NCBI GenBank assembly: GCA_964394895.1
Contig: CAYMZJ010000008.1
Coordinates: 35,240-99,239 of the forward strand
DNA: 64,000 bases
Reading direction: 5' to 3'
From: an uncultured Phycisphaeraceae bacterium
GTDB lineage: Bacteria > Planctomycetota > Phycisphaerae > Phycisphaerales > UBA1924
Shown here: positions 20,084-29,587 of the stretch, piece after piece
Position numbering within the stretch: position 1 is the stretch's first letter
Layout of the letters: every line of letters starts with the position of its first letter
Notes under the pieces: model-generated
What the model was told of the DNA's origin: nothing
Seen by the model: only the letters and a program-made list of their open reading frames with translations
The model's database searches: none
Program-made: the position numbers and the translations under genes

Positions 20084-20650
20084 ATGGGAGCAGCACAGGA
20101 TTCTGGTGCAATCACGGACGTCACCCCCGAGCAGCTCGAGCAATGGCTCGCCGCGGGCGAAGCGGTCCTCATTGATGTCCGCGAGCCCATCGAGCACGCC
20201 GAGGAGCGGATCGCGGGCGCCGAGCTTGTCCCCCTCTCCCGCTTTGAAGCCGACGCGATCCGGGCCAACCATCCCGATGCCCGCCTCGTCTTCCACTGCC
20301 GCTCCGGCAAACGCTCCGCCGACGCCGCAACCCGCTACCAAAGCAACGGCGAGCCTGTCTTCCACCTCGCCGGCGGCATCGAAGGCTGGAAGGCCGCCGG
20401 CCGCCCGACCGTCCGACCCCAATCCGCCCCCCGCATCCCCATCATGCGCCAGGTCCAGATCGCTGCTGGTTCCCTCGTGCTCCTTGGCGTCGTACTCGGC
20501 GTGCTCATCTCGCCCTGGTTCCTGGCGATCCCCGCATTCGTCGGCACCGGCCTGACATTCGCCGGCGCGACCGGCTGGTGCGGGATGGCGATGATGCTCG
20601 CAAAGATGCCATGGAACCGGGCCAGCACCACGAGCTGCGAAGCCAACTGA
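20084..20650 (+). CDS. Rhodanese-domain protein with C-terminal DUF2892-like membrane segment (YgaP-like)
   Basis: Rhodanese active-site loop CRSGKRS; C-terminal hydrophobic hairpin; ATG with GGAG RBS. Confidence 0.7.
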   Translation: MGAAQDSGAITDVTPEQLEQWLAAGEAVLIDVREPIEHAEERIAGAELVPLSRFEADAIRANHPDARLVFHCRSGKRSADAATRYQSNGEPVFHLAGGIEGWKAAGRPTVRPQSAPRIPIMRQVQIAAGSLVLLGVVLGVLISPWFLAIPAFVGTGLTFAGATGWCGMAMMLAKMPWNRASTTSCEAN

Positions 20651-20672
20651 GCCCCTCGCGCAAGCGAGGGGA
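20649..20672. repeat. GAGCC-CCCCTCGC-GCAA-GCGAGGGG hairpin element overlapping stop codon of rhodanese gene
   Basis: GAGCCCCTCGCGCAAGCGAGGGGAC. Confidence 0.7.
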
Positions 20673-20785
20673 CACCGCCGCCCACCCAAAAAGGCACCGG
20701 CTGCGCCAAGCTCGAGGAGCACGACGCAGCCGGAGGGGTGGGGTCAGGTTTCACACGCCGGACTGCCGACGCGGTGGGTTCAATA

Positions 20786-21460
20786 TCAGCGTCTGCGGCG
20801 GGTCGCGATCAAGCCGCCAAGCCCGAGCAACGCGATCGAACCCGGAGCGGGAACCACGTTGAAGCTCACGTCCGCAGCGAACGCGCCATCGTTATCCGCG
20901 TAGGTACCCGGCTCGCCGGTAAAGTACCCGGCGTCGGCAAACCCGAAGAACACGCGGGTCGCACCCGTGGGCACCACGAAGTCCTGCAGCATGCCGCCGT
21001 CGGTCCAGCCATTGCCCACAAAGAACGACTGCCCGATCTCCGGCGACAACGACCCGAAGTTTGAGCCCAGAGCATTGAAGTCAAGACGGGACGGAGCCGC
21101 TTCCTGTGGCAGGTCGTCACTCAGGAACACCGCGATCAACGGCAACGTCCCCGGGTGGAGGAGCCCCGAGATGCCCTGGAACGAGTTGATGTCGCTGTCG
21201 TTGGCTGTCGTGAAGTTCCCGTCGGGGCCTCCCCATTGCAACGCCGGGTGCGCCCGCACAATACCGAGCACCTCGTTGACATTCATCGAAGAAGCACCAT
21301 CGGGCACCGCGAGCATGGGAGGCAACTGGCCGTCGAGCGTCGGGACCTCGCGGCCGGCGTCATAGATCGCCGCCTTGCCATCCACCGCGATGATGTCCGC
21401 AGCCGCGAACTGGGCAAACCCCGAAAGAACGAGCAATCCGACAAGTGTTCTTCGCGACAT
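20786..21460 (-). CDS. PEP-CTERM sorting-domain secreted protein
   Basis: Signal peptide, C-terminal VVPAPGSIALLGLGGLIATRRRR. Confidence 0.8.
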   Translation of the reverse strand: MSRRTLVGLLVLSGFAQFAAADIIAVDGKAAIYDAGREVPTLDGQLPPMLAVPDGASSMNVNEVLGIVRAHPALQWGGPDGNFTTANDSDINSFQGISGLLHPGTLPLIAVFLSDDLPQEAAPSRLDFNALGSNFGSLSPEIGQSFFVGNGWTDGGMLQDFVVPTGATRVFFGFADAGYFTGEPGTYADNDGAFAADVSFNVVPAPGSIALLGLGGLIATRRRR

Positions 21461-21623
21461 TTCTTCTCTCCTACCCACCAAGTTTGCAGTTGTGTTGTGG
21501 AGCCCGATGAATCACCGGGACACAGAATCAACTCAAACATGCCACACAAGTAGAGAGATGCCAACGACTTAGAGCATTTTGCCCCAAATGGAACTCTGGG
21601 GAATCTCGCAGCAAGGGTCGATC

Positions 21624-21660
21624 AAACAAAAACAGAACCGCCCGAGTGAACCCGGGCGGT
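21624..21660 (-). terminator. Putative intrinsic terminator of gdhA
   Basis: Hairpin CCGCCCG-AGTGAAC-CCGGGCGG followed (on minus strand) by TTCTGTTTTTGTTTG. Confidence 0.5.
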
Positions 21661-21740
21661 CTGGAGAGTTTGGGATGTATTCGGGACGAGAGACCCTCAT
21701 TCTCGGACACAGGCCTCTCAGCCCGATCCCGAGGCCGCGA

Positions 21741-23075
21741 TCAGGGGAAAATCCCGCGGACCAGGTAGGCCTTGCCGATGTGTTCCAGAGCCGCGATGTA
21801 GGCCGCGGTCCGAAGGTCAACCTTGTACCGCTGACGGGCCAGCACCGTCCGCCGGGCCGCCATCACCATGTGGCGGTTGAGTTCGCGGTCGACCTTCTCG
21901 ATGTCCCAGTAGGTGCTGGTCTTGTTCTGCACCCACTCGAAGTAGGACACCGTCACCCCCCCGGCATTGGCGAGGATCGCCGGGATGATCTCGATCCCCC
22001 GCTCGTGCAGCACCCGGTCGCCCGCCGGTGTGCACGGGGCGTTGGCACCCTCAGCAATGATCTTGGCGCTGATCATCGCAGCCTCGCGTTCGGTGATCAT
22101 CTGCTCGAGAGCCGCCGGGATGAGCACATCGACCGGGGTCTGATAAAACTCGTCGGTGGTGATCTTCTCACCCTCATAGCCCGCGATCCCGCCGTGCTCG
22201 GCACAGTGCTCGGCCAGCGCGTGGGCGTCGAATCCGTTGTCATTGCGGATCGCCCCGGTGTGGTCAGCCACCGCGACAATCTTCGAGTCCATGTCGTGCA
22301 AAATGCGCCCCGCCCACGAGCCCACGTTCCCGTACCCCAGCACGCTCACCCGCATGCCCTTGGGCTCGAGCCCCACCTCGGGCAGCAGCTCGACCAGCGT
22401 GTCCACCACGCCCTGCCCGGTCGCCTTGTCCCGCCCGAGAGAGCCGCCAAACTCGACCGGCTTGCCCGTCACCACCCGCAGCCCGTCGTTGGCCGCTTTG
22501 CCCTCGTTGGACATCATGTACGTATCCGCAAACCATGCCATATTTTGTGCGCTGGTGCCGACATCCGGGGCCGGAATGTCGTATTCGGGCCCGATGATGT
22601 TCGCAATCGCCGAGCAGAACCGCCGGGTGATGCGTTCCATCTCCCCCACAGAATGCTCGCGAGGGTTGACCTTGATCCCCCCTTTGCCGCCACCGAAGGG
22701 CACCCGGACAAGCGAGCACTTCATGGTCATCAGCAACGCCAGACTCTTGACGTCGTCAAGATGCACGTCGTGGTGGAACCGGATCCCGCCCTTGTAGGGA
22801 CCCAGCGCGTTGTTGTGCTGCACCCGGTAGCCCTTGAACAACCGGTGGTGCCCGTCGTCCATGCGCACCGGAAAGTGCACCATTACCTCGTTTTTCGGCT
22901 GCGCCAGGATGATCTTCACCCGGTGCCGCAGATCTATAATGTCGGCCGCGTCGAGCATCGTCGCCACGGTCTGATGGTAAAGATTGTTCGGATCTTCGGG
23001 GAATCCAAGCTCCTCGAAGATCGGGTTGGAGTGCGCAGCAGCGGACTCGTCGGCGGACACAGCAGTGGTGCTCAT
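21741..23075 (-). CDS. gdhA: NAD(P)-dependent glutamate dehydrogenase
   Basis: Glu/Leu/Phe/Val dehydrogenase signature GGGKGG with catalytic Lys, GYGNVG dinucleotide-binding motif. Confidence 0.9.
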   Translation of the reverse strand: MSTTAVSADESAAAHSNPIFEELGFPEDPNNLYHQTVATMLDAADIIDLRHRVKIILAQPKNEVMVHFPVRMDDGHHRLFKGYRVQHNNALGPYKGGIRFHHDVHLDDVKSLALLMTMKCSLVRVPFGGGKGGIKVNPREHSVGEMERITRRFCSAIANIIGPEYDIPAPDVGTSAQNMAWFADTYMMSNEGKAANDGLRVVTGKPVEFGGSLGRDKATGQGVVDTLVELLPEVGLEPKGMRVSVLGYGNVGSWAGRILHDMDSKIVAVADHTGAIRNDNGFDAHALAEHCAEHGGIAGYEGEKITTDEFYQTPVDVLIPAALEQMITEREAAMISAKIIAEGANAPCTPAGDRVLHERGIEIIPAILANAGGVTVSYFEWVQNKTSTYWDIEKVDRELNRHMVMAARRTVLARQRYKVDLRTAAYIAALEHIGKAYLVRGIFP

Positions 23076-23155
23076 GGCTATCCTTCGGTAACGTCAAGCG
23101 GCTGCCCTCAGGAATCCCTCCGCGATTCAGGCTGGGGCGGCCTGAGGATTCTGGA

Positions 23156-23530
23156 ATGATACTCTACGTCTGTGCCGATCTTCTATGGGCGACCCGCATC
23201 AAGTCGACCGCCGAAGCAATCGGGCTCGCCGCCAGACCGGTCAGATCACTCGAAATGCTCGAAGCGAGGCTCGCCGATTCAGACGTCAGAGCGCTCGTCG
23301 TCGACCTGGAAACCGAAGACCTCGGCCTCGACCTGATCCGCCAGCTCCGTGGCCCCGGCGCCACCGAGACCCACCGGGCGATCCGCGTCCTCGCATTCGG
23401 ACCCCACGTCATGACCGAACTCTTTGCCAAAGCCAAAGAAGCCGGCGCCGATCGGGCGATCGCCCGTGGCGGGTTTGCCGCCAATCTGCCCGATGTCCTC
23501 AAAGCCCTCGACGAGGGACCCGCAACCTGA
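23156..23530 (+). CDS. Hypothetical protein, receiver (REC)-like fold
   Basis: Pattern LVVDL...IRVLAF...AKAKEAG reminiscent of CheY-like domain but lacking the N-terminal acidic pair; high GC3. Confidence 0.45.
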   Translation: MILYVCADLLWATRIKSTAEAIGLAARPVRSLEMLEARLADSDVRALVVDLETEDLGLDLIRQLRGPGATETHRAIRVLAFGPHVMTELFAKAKEAGADRAIARGGFAANLPDVLKALDEGPAT

Positions 23531-23644
23531 GGCAATCTGGGGGATTTGTCTGCCCGTCTTGAGCGCCCGAAGACCATCCCCCTCTCATCGGTGCGATCGA
23601 CACCCGGCTGGATCGTCGCCGGGCGCAAACCTCGCCCATCGACA

Positions 23645-23690
23645 ACAAAAAACGGCCGCCCTCGTGGGCGGCCGCTGGGTGTTTACATAG
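23645..23690. terminator. Putative bidirectional terminator between convergent genes
   Basis: AAAAAA-CGGCCGCC-CTCGTG-GGCGGCCG-CTGGGTGTTT. Confidence 0.45.
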
Positions 23691-23698
23691 GGTGCCGA

Positions 23699-24433
23699 TC
23701 AGGCGCGACGCCGACGGCTCGCAAGCCCGGCCAGACCAAGCCCGGCCATCGCCGCACCGGTCGGCAGCGGGATGACGGTGACGCCGAAGTCGCTGCCGTC
23801 AAACCAGCCCTGGCCGCTCCGCAGGAACGAGTTGATCCCGCCCTTGTTCGAGCCCTCAGCCGTGTCGTAGTTCACGTTGAACGTGCGGAACGGGTGCAGC
23901 CAGATGCCGAAGGCATCGGTAAACTGGGCGCCGGTCCAGTCCGCGTGGTTGCTGTAGTCGATGATCCCCGTCGCGTCGACGTCGAACGCGAGGGTGCGCT
24001 CGCCGCCGTTGTCCGAAGCCGAGAGAGAGTTGATCCAGCCGGTGTCATCAAGGCCCTCGATCAGCGCCTGGGTCTGGTACGAGTTCGCGTTGTTTTGACC
24101 GCTGTAGACATACGCGGTCATGTTCACATCGTTCTGGTCAGCAGCATCAAAGTAGAAGAGCGCCATCTCGTTGGCGTGCCCCTTGGGGTTGCTCCCGTTG
24201 TTGATCGCGAGCGTGAAGCCCTCGGTCACCGTGTTCGAGAACACGACCTCAAACGTCAGCCGGTTGGTCGCGGGGTGGAACGTCGACGAGATCGACTCGA
24301 ACGCGCCCCCGTTGTCGTTGCGGCCGAACGAGCCGGAATCCCCGTCGTTGTACTGGAACGAGTACGTCGGGTCGGCAGAAGCAGCGGTGGCCGCCATGCC
24401 CACCGCGAGGGCAGCGATAGCAAAGGTTTTCAT
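23699..24433 (-). CDS. PEP-CTERM sorting-domain secreted protein
   Basis: Signal peptide, C-terminal VIPLPTGAAMAGLGLAGLASRRRRA. Confidence 0.8.
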   Translation of the reverse strand: MKTFAIAALAVGMAATAASADPTYSFQYNDGDSGSFGRNDNGGAFESISSTFHPATNRLTFEVVFSNTVTEGFTLAINNGSNPKGHANEMALFYFDAADQNDVNMTAYVYSGQNNANSYQTQALIEGLDDTGWINSLSASDNGGERTLAFDVDATGIIDYSNHADWTGAQFTDAFGIWLHPFRTFNVNYDTAEGSNKGGINSFLRSGQGWFDGSDFGVTVIPLPTGAAMAGLGLAGLASRRRRA

Positions 24434-24669
24434 TGGTTTCTCTCCTCAAAACTGGGGTATTTGACTGAGTATTCACACTCAATCGCCAAGATCAAGAATA
24501 GACGCTTCTCGCTGTAATGCAAGTGTCCAAAGGAGTTTATGAAGAGGTCCTGCCAATATTCTGGTTCTGGGACTCCGGTTTGCTCACCGCGGGTATTCGC
24601 AGTTTGACCGGAATGCCCATGCTGCCCAGATTGACGTAGAACAGCAGTCCGACATTCCTCACGGTCGCC

Positions 24670-25809
24670 CTACTCGTCGGCCGAGAGGCTCGCGCGCCAC
24701 TGCCTGTCGAGGTCGGCAAAGCTCACGCCCAGCGCTTCGAGCGTGGCCTCATCGAGCGAATCGCCCGAGGCAAGCCGACGGACCCACGCATTCCGCGCCG
24801 ACCGCCCGAACCGCTCGGAGACGTACCCCACAAAGTGATGGCCCTGCAAATACACATGCCCGTGCAGCCGCGAGGGCGTCTCGCGAAAGTCGGCCATGTC
24901 CTCCCACGCCGCCAGCGCGCCCGCCTCGGCCCAGGCGCGGACTGCAGCCTCGGTGCCTTCCCGCGCCCGGTCCCCCGAATACCGCTCGGCCGCGAGCTCG
25001 GCAACACCTTCCGCGACCCACCAGGGCAGATTCTCCGCGACGTCCTCGTGATACGTAAACGTCGCAACGTGCCCGTACTCGTGCGACAGCAGGATCCGCA
25101 GCCGCCGCGCGCCCATCCGCGGGCTCGCCATGATCTTGATCGCCTCGCCCGGCTCGTTCCACCCGCCCAGACCGTCGGTATAGCTCAGATAGATCGACTG
25201 TTGCAGGTGCCCCATGTCCGTGTAGAGCTTGACCACCTGCGGGTGCTCGAGGTGGGTCTGGAACCCCGTGTCCACGTGCTCGCGGATGCCCGGCATCATC
25301 TCGGTGATGCGCCCAGCGATCTCCTGCAGCTCGTCGGTCAGAAACAGCACGATGGTCTGGCCGTCCTCCGAAGCCACGCTCGTCCACGCCTCGCCGGCGT
25401 AGTGCCAGTTCTGGTGCTCGTCAAGGGTAAACCGTGCAGGGAACTCGACCACACGTTCCCCCCCGTCTGGGAACTGCCAGGTTATGCGGAGGGCCGCGAC
25501 GTGTTCCGACGGGTCCAGCTCTGCGGGAACCTCGACGCGGGGCAGGAGGTTCAGGTCAAACACCTCCGGCGTGTGCTCAGCAAGATCTGCTGCCCAGTTG
25601 GTCTGCTCGGTTGCCCATTCGCTGACCGTGGTGTCGATGTTGGCGAGATACGCCTCGGCGTCGCCAGCGAGCACCGCCGTCTCCAGGCGCTCGAGCAGGT
25701 TCTCGATCCTGTCGTCGGCAGCGATGGTGGTCTCGTCCTCCCCCGCGTTCACGAACACGGTGCAGCAGGACACGATCAAGAGCGCGACATAAAGGATGGG
25801 CCTTTGCAT
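24670..25809 (-). CDS. Secreted HEXXH zinc-metallopeptidase-like protein
   Basis: Signal peptide (MQRPILYVALLIVSC), LLSHEYGHV HEXXH motif. Confidence 0.55.
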   Translation of the reverse strand: MQRPILYVALLIVSCCTVFVNAGEDETTIAADDRIENLLERLETAVLAGDAEAYLANIDTTVSEWATEQTNWAADLAEHTPEVFDLNLLPRVEVPAELDPSEHVAALRITWQFPDGGERVVEFPARFTLDEHQNWHYAGEAWTSVASEDGQTIVLFLTDELQEIAGRITEMMPGIREHVDTGFQTHLEHPQVVKLYTDMGHLQQSIYLSYTDGLGGWNEPGEAIKIMASPRMGARRLRILLSHEYGHVATFTYHEDVAENLPWWVAEGVAELAAERYSGDRAREGTEAAVRAWAEAGALAAWEDMADFRETPSRLHGHVYLQGHHFVGYVSERFGRSARNAWVRRLASGDSLDEATLEALGVSFADLDRQWRASLSADE

Positions 25810-25899
25810 GCCGAGAGTGTACCGAGGTGCCCACAAAGAAAGCGGGCGCACGTCCAACGTGCGCCCGCTCAAAGAGTTGGTCAGAATCTGCCGCGCGGG

Positions 25900-27276
25900 T
25901 TACGCCCGACGCGAGCCGTAGCTGCTCGACCGGGTCTTGCGGCTGCGGGGCTTGGCACCGCCCTGACCGCCGCCGCCACCACCGCCGTACCCAGACCCGC
26001 CGTAGTCGTTGCCGCTCCCGCCGCCGGTGCGGCGCTTGGGCGGGCGTGGGGCCGAGGCGCTGTGGTTGCCGGGCTTGCCCGGGCCGCGGGGTGTGCGGGG
26101 CTTGGACTCAACCTCGCGCTCGGCCTTAGGCAAGATCGGCAGCACCGGCAGCTCGGTCGTCGCGGCGATCTTGTTCCCCAGGAGACGCTCGATCTGTCGC
26201 AGCATCGACCGCTCATCCCGGTCGCAGAACGCGATCGCCAGCCCGGTCGCCCCGGCCCGCCCGGTGCGCCCGATGCGGTGGATATACGCCTCGGGCTCGT
26301 TGGGCATGTCAAAGTTGAAGACGTGCGACACGTCGTCGATATCGAGCCCGCGGGCCGCAACGTCGGTCGCCACCAAGACCCGGCACTTGCCCACGCGGAA
26401 CCCATCGAGGGCGCGCTGCCGCTGGTTCTGTGATTTGTTGCCATGGATCGCGTCGGCCGCGATGCCCGCGCGGTTGAGACGCCGGGCGACCTTGTCAGCC
26501 CCGTGCTTGGTCCGCGTAAAGACCAGCGTCCGCTCGATCGAGTGCTCGTCGATCAGGTGGTGCAGCAACGCCTGCTTTTCCTGCCGACCAACCATGTACA
26601 CCGACTGTTCGATCTTCGGTGCAGCCGACGCGACGGGAGTTACCGTGATGTGGACCGGGTCATTCAGCAGCGAGTTGGCGAGCGACTTGATCTCGCGCGG
26701 CATGGTCGCCGAGAACAGCATCGTCTGCCGGTCCTCGTGGATCTCAGCCGCGATACGACGGATCGGGTTGATGAACCCCATGTCGAGCATCCGGTCGGCT
26801 TCGTCAAGAATGAACACCTCGATCTCGCTGAGATCGACGATCCCCTGCTCGATGAGGTCGATCAGCCGACCCGGCGTGGCGACCAGAATGTTGACCCCGC
26901 GGCGGAGCGCCTTTTCCTGATGGAACTGGCTCACCCCGCCGTAGATCGCCGTGTGCCGCAGCCGCGCGTGACGGCCGTAGGTCGCAAAGCTCTTGGTGAT
27001 CTGCCCGGCAAGCTCGCGCGTCGGGCACAAAACCAGCGCCCGAGGCACGTGCCGACAACGGTCCTCAGCAACCCCATCCTTGATGAGCTTGTCGAGCACC
27101 GGCAACGCGAAGGCCGCGGTCTTGCCCGTCCCGGTCTGCGCGCAGCCGAGCACGTCGCGGCCCGCCATCGCCGGCGGGATCGCCTGCGCCTGAATCAGCG
27201 AAGGAATCTCGTAGCCCTCGTCACGAATCGCCCGCAGCAACTGCGGCGACAGCTCGAGCGCGGCAAAGTCCGACAC
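25900..27276 (-). CDS. DEAD-box ATP-dependent RNA helicase (RhlE-like) with Gly/Arg-rich C-terminal tail
   Basis: Q motif, AQTGTGKT, PTRELA, DEAD, SAT, HRIGRTGR; GTG start proposed at VSDFAALELSP because upstream is poly-C, low-complexity. Confidence 0.8.
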   Translation of the reverse strand: MSDFAALELSPQLLRAIRDEGYEIPSLIQAQAIPPAMAGRDVLGCAQTGTGKTAAFALPVLDKLIKDGVAEDRCRHVPRALVLCPTRELAGQITKSFATYGRHARLRHTAIYGGVSQFHQEKALRRGVNILVATPGRLIDLIEQGIVDLSEIEVFILDEADRMLDMGFINPIRRIAAEIHEDRQTMLFSATMPREIKSLANSLLNDPVHITVTPVASAAPKIEQSVYMVGRQEKQALLHHLIDEHSIERTLVFTRTKHGADKVARRLNRAGIAADAIHGNKSQNQRQRALDGFRVGKCRVLVATDVAARGLDIDDVSHVFNFDMPNEPEAYIHRIGRTGRAGATGLAIAFCDRDERSMLRQIERLLGNKIAATTELPVLPILPKAEREVESKPRTPRGPGKPGNHSASAPRPPKRRTGGGSGNDYGGSGYGGGGGGGQGGAKPRSRKTRSSSYGSRRA

Positions 27277-27715
27277 CGGCTCGCCGGACTCGAACGGGGT
27301 GGAAGGGGTGTCGGGGGTGGGGGGGGTGTCCTGCGCGGATCCCCGGTGGGCCCTGGGCGCGGGGTTATGAGAGGCCTTGCGGGCGTTTCGACGGAAGTTG
27401 TTTGGGTTACGAGACAATGTGGTTCGACTCCATATCCCCTCGCTGCGCACGCGCAGCGAGGGCGATCGTTGATTCGGGCGTTTCCTGTGCCCTGCCGAGT
27501 TGGCGATTGGGGCAAGAGCGGCCGTCCTGGGTGGAGCGTCTTCGCGCTGATCGGTGATTCGTCACCGGACGGAGAGGACGCTGCCGACAGATTCCCAGAT
27601 GGTCCTCCCAACACGCGGCTGCGTGAGGTAGGGGAGGGCTGAGGCCACCGGCTTGCGAGGGATAGTAGGCAGGGATGTTGGCTGGGGCTTTTGAGGGGTA
27701 AAGGAGGGGGAGCGG

Positions 27716-27800
27716 CCGAGCACGGCTCACAGAGCCGTGGCACACACAGCACACGCCCCGGTGTGCCACGGCCATCTTGGCCGTGCAGGGTGGTTCGGTT
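27716..27800. repeat. REP element copy B (upstream flank of RAYT gene)
   Basis: CACGGCTCACAGAGCCGTGGCACAC ... GTGTGCCACGGCCATCTTGGCCGTGC. Confidence 0.8.
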
Positions 27801-27834
27801 GTGTTCCGATGACAATCCTGCCACTCTGTCGTGC

Positions 27835-28389
27835 ATGACCGATCCTCGGCGGAAGACCAAACGGACCTTCAATAGTGTCGGTCATGTCCATTTCGTGACT
27901 TTCTCGTGTGTCGGGCGGCTGCCGTTGTTGACGAGTAATCGGTCCCGTGGATGGGTGATCGAGTCGCTCGGGAGGGTTCGGGAGAAACTCGACTGCGCGA
28001 TCTTTGCGTATGTGATCATGCCCGAGCACGCACATGTGTTGCTCCGCCCGCGACGCGCTGAGTACGAGATGGGTGCGATCCTGGCAGCGATCAAAAGGCC
28101 GGTATCGACGCGGGCCAAGGAGCATTTGATCGACACGGGGCAGACGCGGTGGCTGAAGAAGCTGACGGTGCAGCGTGGGGCGCGGGAGGTCTTTCGGTTC
28201 TGGCTGCCGGGTGGCGGGTTTGATCGAAACCTGTGGAAGGACAAGCCGATCCGGGAGGCCATCGAGTACATCCATCTGAACCCGGTCCGCCGGGGGCTCG
28301 TGACCCGGCCAGAGGATTGGGAGTGGTCGAGTGCTCGGTTCTGGGCCGGGTTTCGGCCTGTGCCGCTGGAGATGGATCAGGTCAGATGA
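27835..28389 (+). mobile_element. REP-associated tyrosine transposase (RAYT, IS200/IS605-like Y1 HuH transposase)
   Basis: HuH motif EHAHVLL, catalytic Tyr region YIHLNPVRRGL, ~185 aa, flanked on both sides by REP palindromes. Confidence 0.85.
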
Positions 28390-28417
28390 GTGTCGAGGCA
28401 GGGAGAAGAAGGAGAAA

Positions 28418-28510
28418 CGGAGCACGGCTGGCACAGCCGTGGCACACATCCAGTGGATGGGCCCGACACCATGCGTGCCACGGCCGTGTCGGCCGTGAGG
28501 TGGTGCAGAC
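28418..28510. repeat. REP element copy C (downstream flank of RAYT gene)
   Basis: CACGGCTGGCACAGCCGTGGCACAC ... GCGTGCCACGGCCGTGTCGGCCGTG. Confidence 0.8.
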
Positions 28511-28652
28511 AGGTCGATGATACTGAGTGGTGGAAAGGCATGAGCCATGAGCACAAAATACCAGACCGGACGGACAGCAGTCGTCTATCCTCGTATCAGT
28601 CTTGAATTCTTCACTTCCAACCTGACGGGATACACCCTGTCCGGAGGTTCGT

Positions 28653-29570
28653 ATGGCTGTTCCTGGATACCAAGAGTTTATGCTACCACTTCTTAAGCTC
28701 ACCAGCGACGGGCAAGAACACTCCATTTCGGAAGTGGTAGAGACATTGGCAGAGCATTTTGCGCTGACCGAGGACGATCGGGCAATCATGCTCTCGAGTG
28801 GAACCCAGACGATGTTGTATAACCGCGTCACTTGGGCGCTCACCTACCTGGCCAAGAGCCTTCTTGTGGACAAGACAGGGCGTGGCAGATTCCGACTGAC
28901 TCCTCGTGGGCAAGAGGTCTTGCGTCAATCACCGGAGAGGATTGACAATCACTTCCTTGAGCAATTCGAAGAGTATGTCGCGTTCAAGAACAAGAGACGA
29001 GTCCGAAAGGATGTGCCGACTACTGGAGTTGAAGCCGTTTTAGCCGAAGAGGTCACTCCAGATGAACGACTTGACGAGGCCTATCGGGAGTTGAGAGAAA
29101 CTTTAGCTGACGATCTCCTGGCTCGCATTCGGGAGGGGTCACCAAAATTCTTTGAGTATCTCGTTGTCGATGTCCTGGTGGCTATGGGCTATGGCGGTTC
29201 TCGTGCTGATGCTGCTCAAGTGGTTGGGAGGAGTGGCGATGATGGTATTGATGGAGTCATCAAAGAAGACCAACTCGGGCTGGATATGGTCTATGTGCAA
29301 GCTAAGAAGTGGGAGAACACCGTCGGGCCGGGTGAGATTGACCGATTTGTGGGTTCTCTGAGCCGCAAAAAGGCACAGAAAGGTGTGTTCATCACCTCAG
29401 GTACATTCACAAGCGGTGCCCGTCGAGCTGCAGCGGAGGCCGCGGTGCGCATCGTTCTGCTCGATGGAGATGACTTAGCGGAACGCATGATCGATCACGG
29501 TGTAGGTGTGACGGAGCACAAGACGATTGTCGTCAACAAACTCGATAGCGACTACTTCGAGGGTACCTGA
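28653..29570 (+). CDS. mrr: Mrr-family type IV (modification-dependent) restriction endonuclease
   Basis: Mrr_N winged-helix N-terminus + Mrr_cat PD-(D/E)xK-like core (DGVIKED...YVQAKKW); region ~15 points lower in GC than surroundings. Confidence 0.85.
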   Translation: MAVPGYQEFMLPLLKLTSDGQEHSISEVVETLAEHFALTEDDRAIMLSSGTQTMLYNRVTWALTYLAKSLLVDKTGRGRFRLTPRGQEVLRQSPERIDNHFLEQFEEYVAFKNKRRVRKDVPTTGVEAVLAEEVTPDERLDEAYRELRETLADDLLARIREGSPKFFEYLVVDVLVAMGYGGSRADAAQVVGRSGDDGIDGVIKEDQLGLDMVYVQAKKWENTVGPGEIDRFVGSLSRKKAQKGVFITSGTFTSGARRAAAEAAVRIVLLDGDDLAERMIDHGVGVTEHKTIVVNKLDSDYFEGT

Positions 29571-29587
29571 CTGTCTGGAAGGTGCAT

